From Synechococcus sp. (lineage in GTDB: Bacteria > Cyanobacteriota > Cyanobacteriia > Thermostichales > PCC-7336), in assembly GCA_051439605.1 (NCBI GenBank), contig JBFRWN010000032.1, positions 64,001 through 128,000 on the forward strand: a stretch of 64,000 nucleotides of DNA, in the 5' to 3' direction. Numbering within the stretch: the stretch's first letter is position 1; each line of letters begins with the position of its first letter. Below are positions 29,107-41,289 of this stretch, piece after piece. The notes under the pieces are model-generated. The model was not told the DNA's origin, made no database searches, and worked only from the letters and a program-made list of their open reading frames with translations. The translations under genes and the position numbers were made by a program.

Positions 29107-31707
29107 TTAACCTCGCGATGCACGATATTCAAGACAGGAAGACACGTTGATTTTCAGACGATCTCCCAGCTGCGTAAGCTCCGAAAGGGGAACCGCAGCA
29201 CCCGAATAAGCTGATGCCTGCAGATGCTTAGCCAAACAGCTCAGGTAGTTTTCTTGAACGCGATCGCTGTCAATCGGCAAGTTGAGTAATTCAACCACGT
29301 CTAGACAGCGATGAATAACGGGTAGTGGTTGAGCAATGTTCTCTAACTCTCTTGCGTTTAGCACCTGCCAAAACTGCTGATGCAAAATGCGATTGAAGGT
29401 GTCAGTTGCTTCCTCCAGCTTTAACTCGCAGCCCAGTTCCTGCACCTCTTGAATCAGTGTTTGCAGATCCTTTAGGGCCTGAGTGGACTCTAATACATCA
29501 GACTCAAAGCTTTGGATCAGACTGCTGAGTCGCTGATTCAAGGTGATGTTGGCAGCTACCTGCAGTTCCATTGGAACCTGTAAACCATCTCTGCGGAACG
29601 CCAGTAGAACCCGATAGTTATCGCGATAAATCTGGGAATAAAAGCGGTTAAGTTGACCCAAGGTGGTTTGGGTGAGCATGCGCATGATCTCGTGGCGATC
29701 GCGCATCATCAGATCGTCGAGGGTGTAGTACTCTTTGCCAAAGGATTCTTGCATGGCGATCGCAGCTTGAGCCCTGTGCTCCAAGCAACCAAAAAGGCGC
29801 TGTTGAATCTCCTCAAATCGCCTTTGACCGGGAAAGGGCTGTACGCAGCAATGGAAATCCCAGCCCCCAAAGTGCAGAACGCCAAACATCAGGTCGTGGG
29901 TATTCAGGGTGATGCTAGAACGTACCAGAATTCGCCCCACGGCCAGCGTGTCGCCGCCAAAGGTGGCCCGATGGGGAGCAGCATCCGCATGCTGTTGTTC
30001 TACGGAGTAGCTATACACCTTAGTAGAGCGAGGATAGGAAGAGAATAGGGATTTCATTGCATAGTGAGCCGCCACCCGCTCGGGGGTTACAGAGGAAGGC
30101 AACACCAGCTGGCGATAGACATCAGCCCCATGTTCGTAGAGGTCCTTGTAGTTACTGGGGGCTTCGGCCAAGCGCTCCAAAAATTCTGGTTCTAAATATT
30201 GTCCGGAGACCTCTGCGGCCAACTCGAGGGCTCGCGCTGCATAGCGCAAGATTTGTACCCCCTCCGGCCGTGATAGCTCTTCGAAAAACCAGCCACAACT
30301 GGTAAACATTAATTGGCTGTTGCGTTGCATTTCAAGCAACCGCAAGCAGTCAATCTCCTCTACTGAATTCATCTCGCGGCGGCGATGTTCCCGGAAAAAA
30401 CGCGCAATCGTTTCAGGGGTACGGTTGAGGATAACTGATATGTATGCATCTCGAGCCTCCCAGGGATCTCGTAAATACACGGAGGAGCGAGTTTCATAAA
30501 TCTGGATGAGGCGATCGCGCAGCCAATTGAGGGCATTGCGTAGCGGAGCACGCCATTGCTGATGCAAACCCGATTCGCTGGCACAGCCACAGTCTCGCTC
30601 CCATCGGCCCACTCCATGGACGCAGCTCCAAGAGGAAACGGGTTTGAGTTCCACCTCCCACGTGGGGTGATATAGACTCAGATAGTGACCGTAGTTAGTG
30701 ACGACAAACCCCTGTTCGGGGAAATCTCGCGCAAAAGCATAGGCCAGCGTGCGCTCTTTGAAAGCCTTGTGGTGGCCAAAGGTCTCACCATCGGTTGCGC
30801 AATGAATCAATTGGGGACGATCGGTATCGTGCAAGCATTGCTTGAGACGACCCACGAAGTTCTGGCTACTGTCCACCACATCGTTAAAGCTCATGTCGGC
30901 GGAGACAGGACCGTCGTAGAAAAAGATATCGATAAACTGACGTTCCCCAGCGATCCCCGTTCTATAACTTTCGGGCAGGTAGCAGCGATAAGGTTGTGTC
31001 GGATCGATTTGACCGTTCCCCACCTCTAACCAGTCCGATCGATCCGCATTCTCACCGAAACCATGCATGGGGCGACAACGCTGGGCTTGAGACGGGGCCA
31101 AAATAACAAAGCGAACGCCCTCGGCAATCAAAGCCGCAACCGTTGCGAGATCGATCGCAGCCTCTGCAAGCCACATCCCCTCAGGGCGCCGCTGAAAGCG
31201 ATGTTCAAAATCTGCGATCCCCCATCGAATTTGCGTCACGCGATCCTGCTGATTGGCCAAAGGCAAAATCACATGATTGTAGGGTTGGGCGATCGCATTT
31301 CCGTGGCCGTTCAATCGACGGGCACTGGTGCGATCGGCGGCCAAAATGCGCTGGTAAACCTCGATGTCGTGTCGTTCTAACCATGACATCAACGTAGGAC
31401 CAAAGTTAAAGCTCAGGTGCTCGTAATTATTGACGATTTCTATCACTCGACCGCGTTCATCTAAGATGCGAGCAAACGCATTGGGCCGATAGCATTCTGC
31501 CAAAATGCGCTCGTTCCAATTTTGGTAGGGTGCTGCAGAGGGCTGTGGTTCAATCGCATTTAGGTAAGGATTCTCACGGGGGGGCTGGTAGAAATGCCCG
31601 TGAACCGTGATGTAAACAGCGTGACGTCCTGGGGCTGCCTGAGCTTGTTCGTTCGCCACTCCAAGAAAGGCTAAAGAACCGCCTGCTGGCTGACTCGAAG
31701 TATTCAT
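29107..31707 (-). CDS. Glycoside hydrolase family 57 / DUF3536 protein
   Basis: HGHFYQPPRENP, SFNFGPTL, HGNAIAQ.YNH.ILPL, EGMWLAE, ATDGETFGHH, SWSC.HGV.RW, FTSCGWFF. Confidence 0.9.
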   Translation of the reverse strand: MNTSSQPAGGSLAFLGVANEQAQAAPGRHAVYITVHGHFYQPPRENPYLNAIEPQPSAAPYQNWNERILAECYRPNAFARILDERGRVIEIVNNYEHLSFNFGPTLMSWLERHDIEVYQRILAADRTSARRLNGHGNAIAQPYNHVILPLANQQDRVTQIRWGIADFEHRFQRRPEGMWLAEAAIDLATVAALIAEGVRFVILAPSQAQRCRPMHGFGENADRSDWLEVGNGQIDPTQPYRCYLPESYRTGIAGERQFIDIFFYDGPVSADMSFNDVVDSSQNFVGRLKQCLHDTDRPQLIHCATDGETFGHHKAFKERTLAYAFARDFPEQGFVVTNYGHYLSLYHPTWEVELKPVSSWSCVHGVGRWERDCGCASESGLHQQWRAPLRNALNWLRDRLIQIYETRSSVYLRDPWEARDAYISVILNRTPETIARFFREHRRREMNSVEEIDCLRLLEMQRNSQLMFTSCGWFFEELSRPEGVQILRYAARALELAAEVSGQYLEPEFLERLAEAPSNYKDLYEHGADVYRQLVLPSSVTPERVAAHYAMKSLFSSYPRSTKVYSYSVEQQHADAAPHRATFGGDTLAVGRILVRSSITLNTHDLMFGVLHFGGWDFHCCVQPFPGQRRFEEIQQRLFGCLEHRAQAAIAMQESFGKEYYTLDDLMMRDRHEIMRMLTQTTLGQLNRFYSQIYRDNYRVLLAFRRDGLQVPMELQVAANITLNQRLSSLIQSFESDVLESTQALKDLQTLIQEVQELGCELKLEEATDTFNRILHQQFWQVLNARELENIAQPLPVIHRCLDVVELLNLPIDSDRVQENYLSCLAKHLQASAYSGAAVPLSELTQLGDRLKINVSSCLEYRASRG

Positions 31708-32132
31708 ATATAACTACCGCCGATGCGAATGAGAGAAGAATTATTTTGACAGACACATTGAAGAAGTCCTCAAGGGTAGATAGAGCTACCCCAATTAAGG
31801 CCAGATAATTTGTTGCGTCTCCAATCCCCAAGCTATGCCAAGACTTGCGATAAGTTCGAAAAATCAACAAAAGAAATAGAAAGATCGCAATAAAGTTTAA
31901 CTCTTTTGTTTTTCTTAATATTCAAGAAATGCATTTGTATTGTATGGGCAAAGTCCTGTGCTGCAGATGGACTATTTAATGTTGATTGCCTCGCCTTGCG
32001 CAAAATAGAGAGCTTGAGATGGACGAAAAGACTTATCCTAGGTTAGAAATCTACCCCATCTTGAACCACAGTTTTACACTTTACGCAGGCTAGGCTGCAA
32101 CAGTTGGATTCATGGATTGTAAAGAGGAGTGA

Positions 32133-32420
32133 ATGATGGCAAACAAACTTGAGGCTTCCGATATCCAATCCGCCCTAGAGCAACTATCGCTTTGGACAAT
32201 CGAGAATGGAAAGCTGCACAAGGAATATCGATTTAGCAGCTTTATCGAGGCCTTTGGCTGGATGAGCAGCGTAGCCCTAGTCGCCGAATCTATGGGACAC
32301 CATCCCGAATGGTTTAACGTTTATAGCAAGGTGGTGGTTGACCTAACAACCCACGATGTGGGGGGGATTTCCAATCTTGATTTTGAGTTGGCTAGCAAAA
32401 TGGATGAACTGGCCAGTTAG
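32133..32420 (+). CDS. Pterin-4-alpha-carbinolamine dehydratase
   Basis: F.EAFGWM..VAL.AE.MGHHPEWFNVY.KV.V.LTTHD; RBS GAGGAG. Confidence 0.92.
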   Translation: MMANKLEASDIQSALEQLSLWTIENGKLHKEYRFSSFIEAFGWMSSVALVAESMGHHPEWFNVYSKVVVDLTTHDVGGISNLDFELASKMDELAS

Positions 32421-32478
32421 AGATTTCGCAAGCTCCACATTCTGATGCAAGATGCTGGACGGTGACTGAAGCCACATT

Positions 32479-32512
32479 AAAAGGGTATTGGGCGAGCGCC
32501 CAATACCCTTTT
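32479..32512. terminator. Bidirectional intrinsic terminator
   Basis: AAAAGGGTATTGGGCG-AG-CGCCCAATACCCTTTT, a perfect 16-bp inverted repeat between convergent genes. Confidence 0.8.
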
Positions 32513-32637
32513 GGTTATACCTGCTCTCAATTCTCAGTTAAGGCTGGTGCGTCTCAGATGGAACAATCATCTCTATGCCTAGTCAGAGTTCTGAATCGCT
32601 GTGATGGTTTGGGTGAATTGTCGGTCGCTTCACCCAA

Positions 32638-33288
32638 TCATTCCTGAACACCGACTAGCACCATACCTTCCTGCTTCGGGCTAAACCCTTTATCAAATAA
32701 CGTTTCAGCGTTATAGCGAGCCTCTCGTAGATCCGCGTGCAGTAAGATGGTTCCCCGTAAATCCGCACCGCACAACACCGCGCCTCGTAAATCCGCTCGC
32801 TCTAGCGAAGCTCGTTCCAAACGTGCCTCCGTGAGAAAAGCCCCCCTCAAATTGCACCGTTCCATTCGGGCTTGGGACAGGTTTGCACGGACTAAATTCC
32901 CCTTACCGATCGTAGCTCCACGAAGGTCAGCCCCTAGGAGATAAGCGGATTGGAGACTAGCTTTTGTCAGATCCGCCCCCCATAGCTGGGCTTGCCACAA
33001 ATTCGCTCCGCTCAAATTTGCCTGCGTCCAATTACTGCCCTGTAAGTGAGCTCCACTGAGATTAGTGCCAATAGCTTGAGCTCCACTTAGGTCGGAACCC
33101 TCCAAGCACGCCCCACTGAACTGTCCCCCACTTAAATCCGCCTGTCGCAGGTCAATACGTTCGAGCTGTGCTCGACTGAGCTGAGCCCGCTCAAGTTGTA
33201 TGCCCTGAAAATCACGTTCTCCGCTGCCATAGCGCTGTAGCAGTTCTTTGGGAGAAATAGAGTTAACTGAAGAATGAAATTGAACCAT
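32638..33288 (-). CDS. Pentapeptide repeat protein
   Basis: ELLQRY..GERDF N-cap followed by A(D/N)LXX repeats. ATG 33288 preferred over TTG 33333. Confidence 0.88.
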   Translation of the reverse strand: MVQFHSSVNSISPKELLQRYGSGERDFQGIQLERAQLSRAQLERIDLRQADLSGGQFSGACLEGSDLSGAQAIGTNLSGAHLQGSNWTQANLSGANLWQAQLWGADLTKASLQSAYLLGADLRGATIGKGNLVRANLSQARMERCNLRGAFLTEARLERASLERADLRGAVLCGADLRGTILLHADLREARYNAETLFDKGFSPKQEGMVLVGVQE

Positions 33289-33937
33289 GAAAATAGGCCC
33301 CTCGATCTCGATCGGGTGGTCGTGCAAATTCAATACAAATCAAGGAATTCCATCGATTGATGGATTCCAGCTGACTCCTCAGCGTTCGATGTTCATACCA
33401 ACACGCTAATCTACCAAGCAAGGCAAATCAGCGATCTCTAATACATAATGCTGTCAAGCGAGCATTTGCCCCCAATACACAGCATTCACAAGGTATTACT
33501 CCAGCTGCAGGCATGAAGCTTACAGTTCTGCCGTACTCGGCTAGCAAAATGAATCTGCAGCCTCGTCAATGCAGTCTAGATTTAATGCTATGGACCTTTA
33601 GAACGCCCGAATTGGATGTTCCATAGGAGAAGTCAACACCAAGCAACACAGCGGGCAAGCATTGCGGAATCCCGTATACAGCCAGCAGGCAAAATATCAT
33701 TAAAAAAACGCCAAAAAAATGAGAGTACGAAAGCATCGGCGGTAACCAATGTTCATGCTTGTGAAGACGCAAGAAGAACGAACTTACATTCCCTTTTCAT
33801 GGCGACGCTAACATCATAGAAGGTAAACTTGGGAAACGCCAAAAGATTGATAGTGTCTGCAATACAGCGTCATGTTTTGTAACGCAAAAATCTTATCCGG
33901 GGATCGCTGTAGTGTTCTATAAAAGGGCGATCCCCAA

Positions 33938-35161
<1,224 letters not shown>

Positions 35162-35264
35162 TTAATCCTAAGGATTGGGCTTTATCGTCCTACAGTACTT
35201 AGGAATTCTGGCAAGGCGCCACTTGATTGCAGCAGATATCGATATGACAGACATCAAGTAGCTG

Positions 35265-35801
35265 CTAACCCAATCTCTCTAAGCCGCGATCGAGTGTGTT
35301 GTAGTACAGTTCGCGATACCCTACCCGCAGGTTGCTATTGGCGCTATCCAGTTTGGAGGTGCGACTGCGGCCGCTGTAGGAACTGTAGACGGTGTAGCTA
35401 TCGCCATCAAAAGTGAAGGAGGACACATCAGAGAGTTCTTCTCCCCCCAGCAAAGTCCAGCGATCGCCCGCAAAGGCAAAATTGTAGTGGGCTAGATCTA
35501 GCATGGTGGAGGGTCGATCCATGACTGCATCGATACGACCCAACAGCTGCCCAGGCTCGGACTCACTGGGAGTGACATTGACTTTGATGTCCTTGAATTG
35601 ACAGGTTGCCCGCCCACAAAAGCGAATGAATTTCATATTCTCTGCAATTTTCTGCAGTCGGACAGTCGCAAGATCGACCGTGGCTAACTCTATTGAGCTT
35701 CCATCGGCCGCAGATGCGCTAGACCAACCAGCCCCTCCTCCAAAGGTCAATAAGATCGCAAGCATGACTACTTGCACATATCGAAGGAGGGACTGATACA
35801 T
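35265..35801 (-). CDS. Exported hypothetical protein
   Basis: 178-aa ORF with a signal peptide (…SASA) that fills the gap. Confidence 0.65.
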   Translation of the reverse strand: MYQSLLRYVQVVMLAILLTFGGGAGWSSASAADGSSIELATVDLATVRLQKIAENMKFIRFCGRATCQFKDIKVNVTPSESEPGQLLGRIDAVMDRPSTMLDLAHYNFAFAGDRWTLLGGEELSDVSSFTFDGDSYTVYSSYSGRSRTSKLDSANSNLRVGYRELYYNTLDRGLERLG

Positions 35802-36139
35802 GGAAGGTGGGCCTAATGTTAACGAATATTTCTACATTTAAGCAGAGAGGTAGACTCTATCGCCTAAGAATCATTTAGCTCCGACTCCTAATCCAGACTC
35901 CCACTGCTCAGAACGTCCTTTGGGAACTGGGACTTTGCGAAACTGATACTTTACAGATCCTCAGATCCAGGCAAAGTGTGGGTATTGAGGCACTTTCCTC
36001 AAAACTTTAGGGTGATGCACGCTTATATCTCGGCTGTTAAGCCATTGAGGATCTTCACGAACCCGATCTCCTCACTGGTTTTGATACACGATCCCCAATT
36101 AAACTACCTTCACGATAGTCTGTATTCCCAGCTCGTATC

Positions 36140-37006
36140 ATGTCTGCTTCATCACCTCAATCCAGTGAATCCAGAGGCTTAGATCGCCTGAACACTGTAC
36201 GCATCGTGCTGGTGGAACCTGCTGGTCCCTTGAACGTAGGGTCGATCGCTAGAGTGATGAAAAACATGGGGCTATCCCAACTTGTGCTGGTGAACCCCCG
36301 CTGTCATCCTCAGCAGCAGGAAGCCGTGCAGATGGCCGTCCATGCCGCCGATATATTGGAGGCGGCACGGCAGGTGAATTCATTAGAGCAAGCCTTACTC
36401 GACTGCCGTGGAATTGCGGGGACAGTGGCACGCACCCAGCCAATGGATTTTGAGCTGGGACATCCACGAACCGTGGTTCCCCCATTGCTGGCTGCTCACA
36501 ACAGCCCCAGCGCCTTGGTTTTTGGCCCAGAGGATCGAGGATTAAATAATCGGGAGTTGGGCATGTGTCAGCAGCAAATTTCCATTCCAACGAACCCCGT
36601 TTATCCGTCAATGAACCTGGCTCAAGCGGTGGGGGTCTGCGCTTACGAACTCCGCCAGGCGGCGCTCTCTTCAATGCAAGAGAAAGATGAGTACTCTCAA
36701 GACATTCAATCTCCAGCCACGCAAACGCAGGTTGCAACTCCTGCTTTTACTCAAAGGGCACCTTCGCAGGCAACCGAAGGGTTTTACAACCAACTGGAAC
36801 AGGTATTGCTGCAAATTGGATTCCTATACCCCCACACCGCCCCGCGCAAGCTGCTGAAATTTCGCAGGCTGTTCGATCGAGCGCAGTTATCGCTACAAGA
36901 TTTGGCTCTCCTGCGTGGCGTATTGCGACAATTGGCCTGGGCAGACCGAAACCTGACCCACCATTCTGCCCCACCAGATTCTGGAACTGAGCCCGATCGC
37001 CTTTAA
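36140..37006 (+). CDS. TrmJ/LasT-family SPOUT RNA methyltransferase
   Basis: RIVLVEP..PLNVGSIARVMKNMG, ALVFGPEDRGL.N.EL, YPSMNLAQAV. Confidence 0.92.
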   Translation: MSASSPQSSESRGLDRLNTVRIVLVEPAGPLNVGSIARVMKNMGLSQLVLVNPRCHPQQQEAVQMAVHAADILEAARQVNSLEQALLDCRGIAGTVARTQPMDFELGHPRTVVPPLLAAHNSPSALVFGPEDRGLNNRELGMCQQQISIPTNPVYPSMNLAQAVGVCAYELRQAALSSMQEKDEYSQDIQSPATQTQVATPAFTQRAPSQATEGFYNQLEQVLLQIGFLYPHTAPRKLLKFRRLFDRAQLSLQDLALLRGVLRQLAWADRNLTHHSAPPDSGTEPDRL

Positions 37007-37362
37007 GACAGGAAAAGCCTAGACCGTTTTAATGGCTATAACCCTTTCAATTTAGCCAGCAAGATTTCTGCCCAATTAATGTCCTGTTATAACTGGGTTG
37101 CATAAACCACAAGACGGTTGCTCTTTCGCGAACCCTTATCCATCAAGCACCAGCCTTGAACTTGAAGGATCGGTTGACTCAAGTTTACTAAACCACTGTT
37201 TTTCTACAGTCTTCTGATTCGTTCTACAGCAACCCACAAAGGGATCGAGTAGGCTGAGAAGCACTTCAGCCAGCAATCCCCACATTTGATAGCTGTATCT
37301 CTTCGCTACAGCTTAAGAAATGTCAAGATCGCCGTTGATGAAAGAGAGGTGAGGAATTTACT

Positions 37363-38952
37363 ATGCCAAGCGATCGCTCTCGTCGAAATCGGCACTCTGG
37401 AGACAGACGATCTAGGAACCCCCACCTTTACAATCAGCATCCCGATGGCCAGATCTTTAGCGATCGATCTCATCACAATCTTCCATCGGATAAAACTAGA
37501 CCTGAGAGAATCAGGCCCAAAAGAACCAAGCCCGAGCTCGAAAGCGCCAGACACAAACCATCGAGAGAACCACATGCACGCGATGCCCGTGCAAGAGATA
37601 GGCGAATACAAGATAGGCGAATACAAGATAGACAACAGGGAGAGCGGCAACAAAGAGAGCGTCCCGGCGAAGAGCGACAGCGAAGGGATCTCCGACCGCC
37701 TTCTTTAAACTTGGAAGCTACCCAAGACAATCGACATGCCCAGAGCTATCCTCGCGATAACATCCGTTCTCTTAGGCCCGTCGGTTCTGACTCAAAGGGC
37801 CATTTCAATCGACCAATCCCCCGCAAACGTCCCACACAGCCCCAAGTGCCCCAATCTGGCTCTGACAGCATCCATCCTTTTTCCGATCCCCCCCCGGTCA
37901 ATTCATCGAGCCTCCGGTCCAAGCGCTCGCACTCGCATAGGTCGTCGAAAAGTAGACAGCCCCCCTCTTGGCAGGCAATCGCCTTTCAAGGATTTGTATG
38001 GAGTGTGGCGTTAGGGTTGGCCTGTGGTGTAATTGCCCGTCGGTGGGGCAGCACGCTCTCCGCACTGCCTGATGCTAGCGATCGCTACAGCACCATTTCC
38101 GCTCCAGCTCCGAACTCATTTATTGCCCCCTCCAGTACCTCCATCCGGCCTGGTTCCCCCATTGCCGAGCTCAATCAAGCACTACAGAATCTCGATGCAG
38201 AATATCCCAACCTGCAGATGGGGACCGTACTGGTGGATATCAGCCAGCGCAACTATGCGGGGCTGCGGGACCGCGAGGCTTTCCCGGCTGCTAGTACCAT
38301 CAAGATCGCAATTTTGGTGGCTTTGTTGGAGGCTGTAGACCGCTCAGAGATCAATTTAGATGAAACCTTAGCTCTCAGCCCCAACTTCATCGTGGGGGGG
38401 TCAGGCACTCTGAGCAATCGGTCCGCAAACTCGCAGGTACCTGTGGTGGAAGCTGCGGAACTGATGATTGCAGTTAGCGACAACACTGCTAGCAATCTCC
38501 TGCTCGATCGGCTTGGGGGAGTTGAGGCCCTCAATCGTCGGTTTCGGGCCTGGGGATTACAGCACACGCGCCTGCGCAATCCTCTCCCCGATTTAGAAGG
38601 CACCAACACAACCAGTCCTGGAGACTTGGCGTTGCTGTTGGGGGAGCTCGAGCGAGGGCAAATTTTGACCATGCGTAGCCGCGATCGCTTCTTCGAAATC
38701 TTGCAAACAACCCAGAACAACAGCTTGCTGCCACAGGCGTTAACAGAGGACGATAGGATTGCACATAAAACCGGCAATATCAATTCTTCTTTAGGAGATG
38801 TGGGCTTAGTGGATTTACCCAACGGCCAACGGTATATCGTGGTTGTTCTGGTCAGACGAGAAAACGGCGACCCAGAGGCTGAAACGGTGATTCGCAAGGT
38901 ATCTCGACTTGCGCGTGACTATTGGTCTAGTCAGGGTGAGGCTTCTCAGTAG
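37363..38952 (+). CDS. Class A beta-lactamase-like serine hydrolase with disordered Arg-rich N-terminus and TM helix
   Basis: FPAASTIK (SXXK), SDN, HKTG motifs. TM segment AFQGFVWSVALGLACGVIA. Confidence 0.88.
   Translation: MPSDRSRRNRHSGDRRSRNPHLYNQHPDGQIFSDRSHHNLPSDKTRPERIRPKRTKPELESARHKPSREPHARDARARDRRIQDRRIQDRQQGERQQRERPGEERQRRDLRPPSLNLEATQDNRHAQSYPRDNIRSLRPVGSDSKGHFNRPIPRKRPTQPQVPQSGSDSIHPFSDPPPVNSSSLRSKRSHSHRSSKSRQPPSWQAIAFQGFVWSVALGLACGVIARRWGSTLSALPDASDRYSTISAPAPNSFIAPSSTSIRPGSPIAELNQALQNLDAEYPNLQMGTVLVDISQRNYAGLRDREAFPAASTIKIAILVALLEAVDRSEINLDETLALSPNFIVGGSGTLSNRSANSQVPVVEAAELMIAVSDNTASNLLLDRLGGVEALNRRFRAWGLQHTRLRNPLPDLEGTNTTSPGDLALLLGELERGQILTMRSRDRFFEILQTTQNNSLLPQALTEDDRIAHKTGNINSSLGDVGLVDLPNGQRYIVVVLVRRENGDPEAETVIRKVSRLARDYWSSQGEASQ
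37596..37631 (+). repeat. 15-bp in-frame tandem repeat (AGATAGGCGAATACA x2 plus partial third)
   Basis: Encodes DRRIQ DRRIQ DR in the serine hydrolase N-terminus. Confidence 0.8.
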
Positions 38953-39293
38953 GCCTACAGTACGATGCCAAGCACCTACGCTTAAGCTTGTTTTAGAGAT
39001 GGCATTCAATCCGGTTGGGAGCAAAAATTAAATCCGCTGTAGGGATGGGGTGTGCCCAACAGGGGAGCGTACTACGGTTGTCCAAGACAGTGAGAACCCT
39101 TACGGTACTTGAATAAAATTCACATTAGTCACTGTTCTACAAAGAGCACAGGTCAGTTGTTTTTGCTTTACTAGAGCCTGTGTTGGGGAGTTGAAGATTG
39201 GAGGCGAAACCATATGGGCCTTCTCACCCTACGAAGATCCATTGCCACTGAGTAGGCAAGCTCTTCAAACTGCGGATATTTGGATGATTAGTT

Positions 39294-39530
39294 ATGACCC
39301 CTGCGCAGCGATTTTGCAATCGTATGGCCGAAAACGTGGAAGCATGGTGCGGTCTCCACGAAGTGGCAACGCACTTGAGAACGCTGTCACCCGATCCGGC
39401 GTCGAAGTTGATGTCTGAGCTGACTGGTTTAGAGGCTCCTGACGCGGTTCAACGATGCTTGCAATTTCTTGAACGGCACCAATTTGCTGGATACGGATAT
39501 AGTTCTAGTGGAAAGCATGACTTGAACTAG
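39294..39530 (+). CDS. Possible small hypothetical protein
   Basis: 78-aa ATG ORF followed by a hairpin TTAAAGCTA-N6-TAGCTTTAA (39572-39595). Confidence 0.35.
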   Translation: MTPAQRFCNRMAENVEAWCGLHEVATHLRTLSPDPASKLMSELTGLEAPDAVQRCLQFLERHQFAGYGYSSSGKHDLN

Positions 39531-39739
39531 ACATGACTGCGGATTGGGACCTGAGCTAAAGTTTGGGGCCATTAAAGCTACAGCGATAGCTTTAAATGGC
39601 AAGGCCGGGAAAGCCTCACAAGATCTTTTTAGTGAGGAATGTATTTTTTATGCAGGGGATGTGTTTTCGCAATCAGTATATTCTCGGTGAGCGTTCGGGC
39701 ACAATAACTGAATAGCCAAAATGACTCTCTCCACAAGCG

Positions 39740-40432
39740 ATGCATCTTTCAGCTAGCGAATGCCAGCAACTGACCGATACCGTTAGTTACCTGTTTGCCA
39801 ACGTTTCTCGCGAATCGATTGTTCATCAATTTCGCATCGAGTACGTTCGTTTGCCCAGCAATCGTGAGATTCTCGAACGGTCAGTTCACTATGAAGATGC
39901 CGTCGCTAAAGCTCAATCCATTAACCAATACTTTCAGGTGACCGGTTCCCAGCAGGCGATCTCCCCCGAACAAGTTCTAGAAATGTGGGAACGAGAAAAA
40001 AAGGGGATAGAGTTCACCCCGGAGAATATCGAACGAATTTGTCGAATTTCCCTCGATAACATTCACTTTCAGCTTCAGACAACCTCAGATTGGGCGATCG
40101 CTTGGCTGTTTACCACTCGCATCACAGCCAGTCACCTGCCATCAGACCTACCGCTTCTGCTATCGCAAATGGTGCTAGATGCTTATCGCCAGGTAGACCG
40201 CTGCCAATCGGCAGCTAACAAACCTATGCCCCATTTCGTCTGGCGATCGAAGTTTTCCAAACAGAAGGCGGCAAGACGTCTATTTGGTCTGTCGGAGAAT
40301 GCCACTTTAGATGAGGTGCGTTCCGCCTACCGTACTCTGTGCAAGCAGCATCACCCCGACAACGGTGGTTCGCAGGAGGAGTTTATCCGCGTACGCGAGT
40401 CATACGATATTTTGGCGGCTTCTGCCATATAG
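39740..40432 (+). CDS. C-terminal J-domain (DnaJ-type III) protein
   Basis: LFGL...AT.DEVRSAYR.LCKQHHPDNGGS.EEF.RV.E.Y.IL, with HPD motif. Confidence 0.85.
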   Translation: MHLSASECQQLTDTVSYLFANVSRESIVHQFRIEYVRLPSNREILERSVHYEDAVAKAQSINQYFQVTGSQQAISPEQVLEMWEREKKGIEFTPENIERICRISLDNIHFQLQTTSDWAIAWLFTTRITASHLPSDLPLLLSQMVLDAYRQVDRCQSAANKPMPHFVWRSKFSKQKAARRLFGLSENATLDEVRSAYRTLCKQHHPDNGGSQEEFIRVRESYDILAASAI

Positions 40433-40557
40433 CGACTGTCAAGTCGCTGTTGATATCTCAGCTGTCCAGCCCTCTGATTGGGCAAAAGCCCTGCTATTCT
40501 GGCTGAGATTCCAACAGCTTTATGTTGGTACGAACTCACTACAATTGAGCCAAACGA

Positions 40558-41289
40558 GTGACTGTAACGCGTGAACCACATCCCTTCATATCCCCTAGTG
40601 ACAATAGGCTAATCCTGCCGTTTGCAAAGGCTGAAGGGAAAGTTCAGATGGCCCACGATCGGGAACTGTGCGATCGGGTTTTTCACAATCAACAGTCAGC
40701 TCCGATCGTCAGGTTTTACCAGTGGGCACGACCGACGCTTTCTCTGGGATACCACCAGAAACGCGATTCCTTAGGTCATATGCCAGACACCATAGATGTT
40801 GTCCGCAGACCCACCGGAGGGCGAGCGGTTCTGCATCAAGCAAGCGGTCCTCATGCGGATCTAACCTATTGCATCGTGGCTCGAGATCTTGGACTGAACC
40901 GCCGCCAAGCCTACGAGTTTCTCTGTCAGTTTTTGATCGATGGTCTCCATCGGCTAGGGATACCCGTGCAATTTGGGCAGGGGGAACGAGGATATATCGG
41001 AGAGGCAAGTTGTTTTCGCACCTCCACAGCCGCCGATTTATGCGTTCGAGGGAAAAAGATCGTCGGTAGTGCCCAGTTGTGGCGTAAGCATGTCGTACTG
41101 CAACATGGCACGATTTTGCTCAAACCCGATCGCCTTTTGTGGGAGAACGTTATCCCTGGCTCTAGCGAGAGTGTGGTTGGGATTAACGAAGTGCTAGACA
41201 GTCCCGTTACCGTCGAAGAAACGATCGCGAGCTTCAGCTATGCCGCTGAGGCTCAATTTGGTAGTAAGACTGAAACTCTGATGAGGTAA
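40558..41289 (+). CDS. Lipoate-protein ligase A family protein
   Basis: RFYQW..PTLSLGYHQ, VRRPTGGRAVLH, KIVGSAQ, LQHGTI. Confidence 0.88.
   Translation: MTVTREPHPFISPSDNRLILPFAKAEGKVQMAHDRELCDRVFHNQQSAPIVRFYQWARPTLSLGYHQKRDSLGHMPDTIDVVRRPTGGRAVLHQASGPHADLTYCIVARDLGLNRRQAYEFLCQFLIDGLHRLGIPVQFGQGERGYIGEASCFRTSTAADLCVRGKKIVGSAQLWRKHVVLQHGTILLKPDRLLWENVIPGSSESVVGINEVLDSPVTVEETIASFSYAAEAQFGSKTETLMR

Noticed and set aside
33340..33937. Small photosystem gene (e.g. psbK, often near tgt) or 68-aa ORF 33566-33772
   Set aside because: No PsbK-like sequence was found, and the ORF lacks supporting motifs or an RBS.
37286..37708. 140-aa overlapping ORF in an alternative frame
   Set aside because: It overlaps the low-complexity, repeat-containing 5' end of the serine hydrolase, where open alternative frames arise easily. 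It has a TTG start and no homology cue.
38253..38897. 214-aa antisense ORF (and similar shadow ORFs in fusA, ndhF/ndhD, tal)
   Set aside because: Antisense shadows of well-supported genes.
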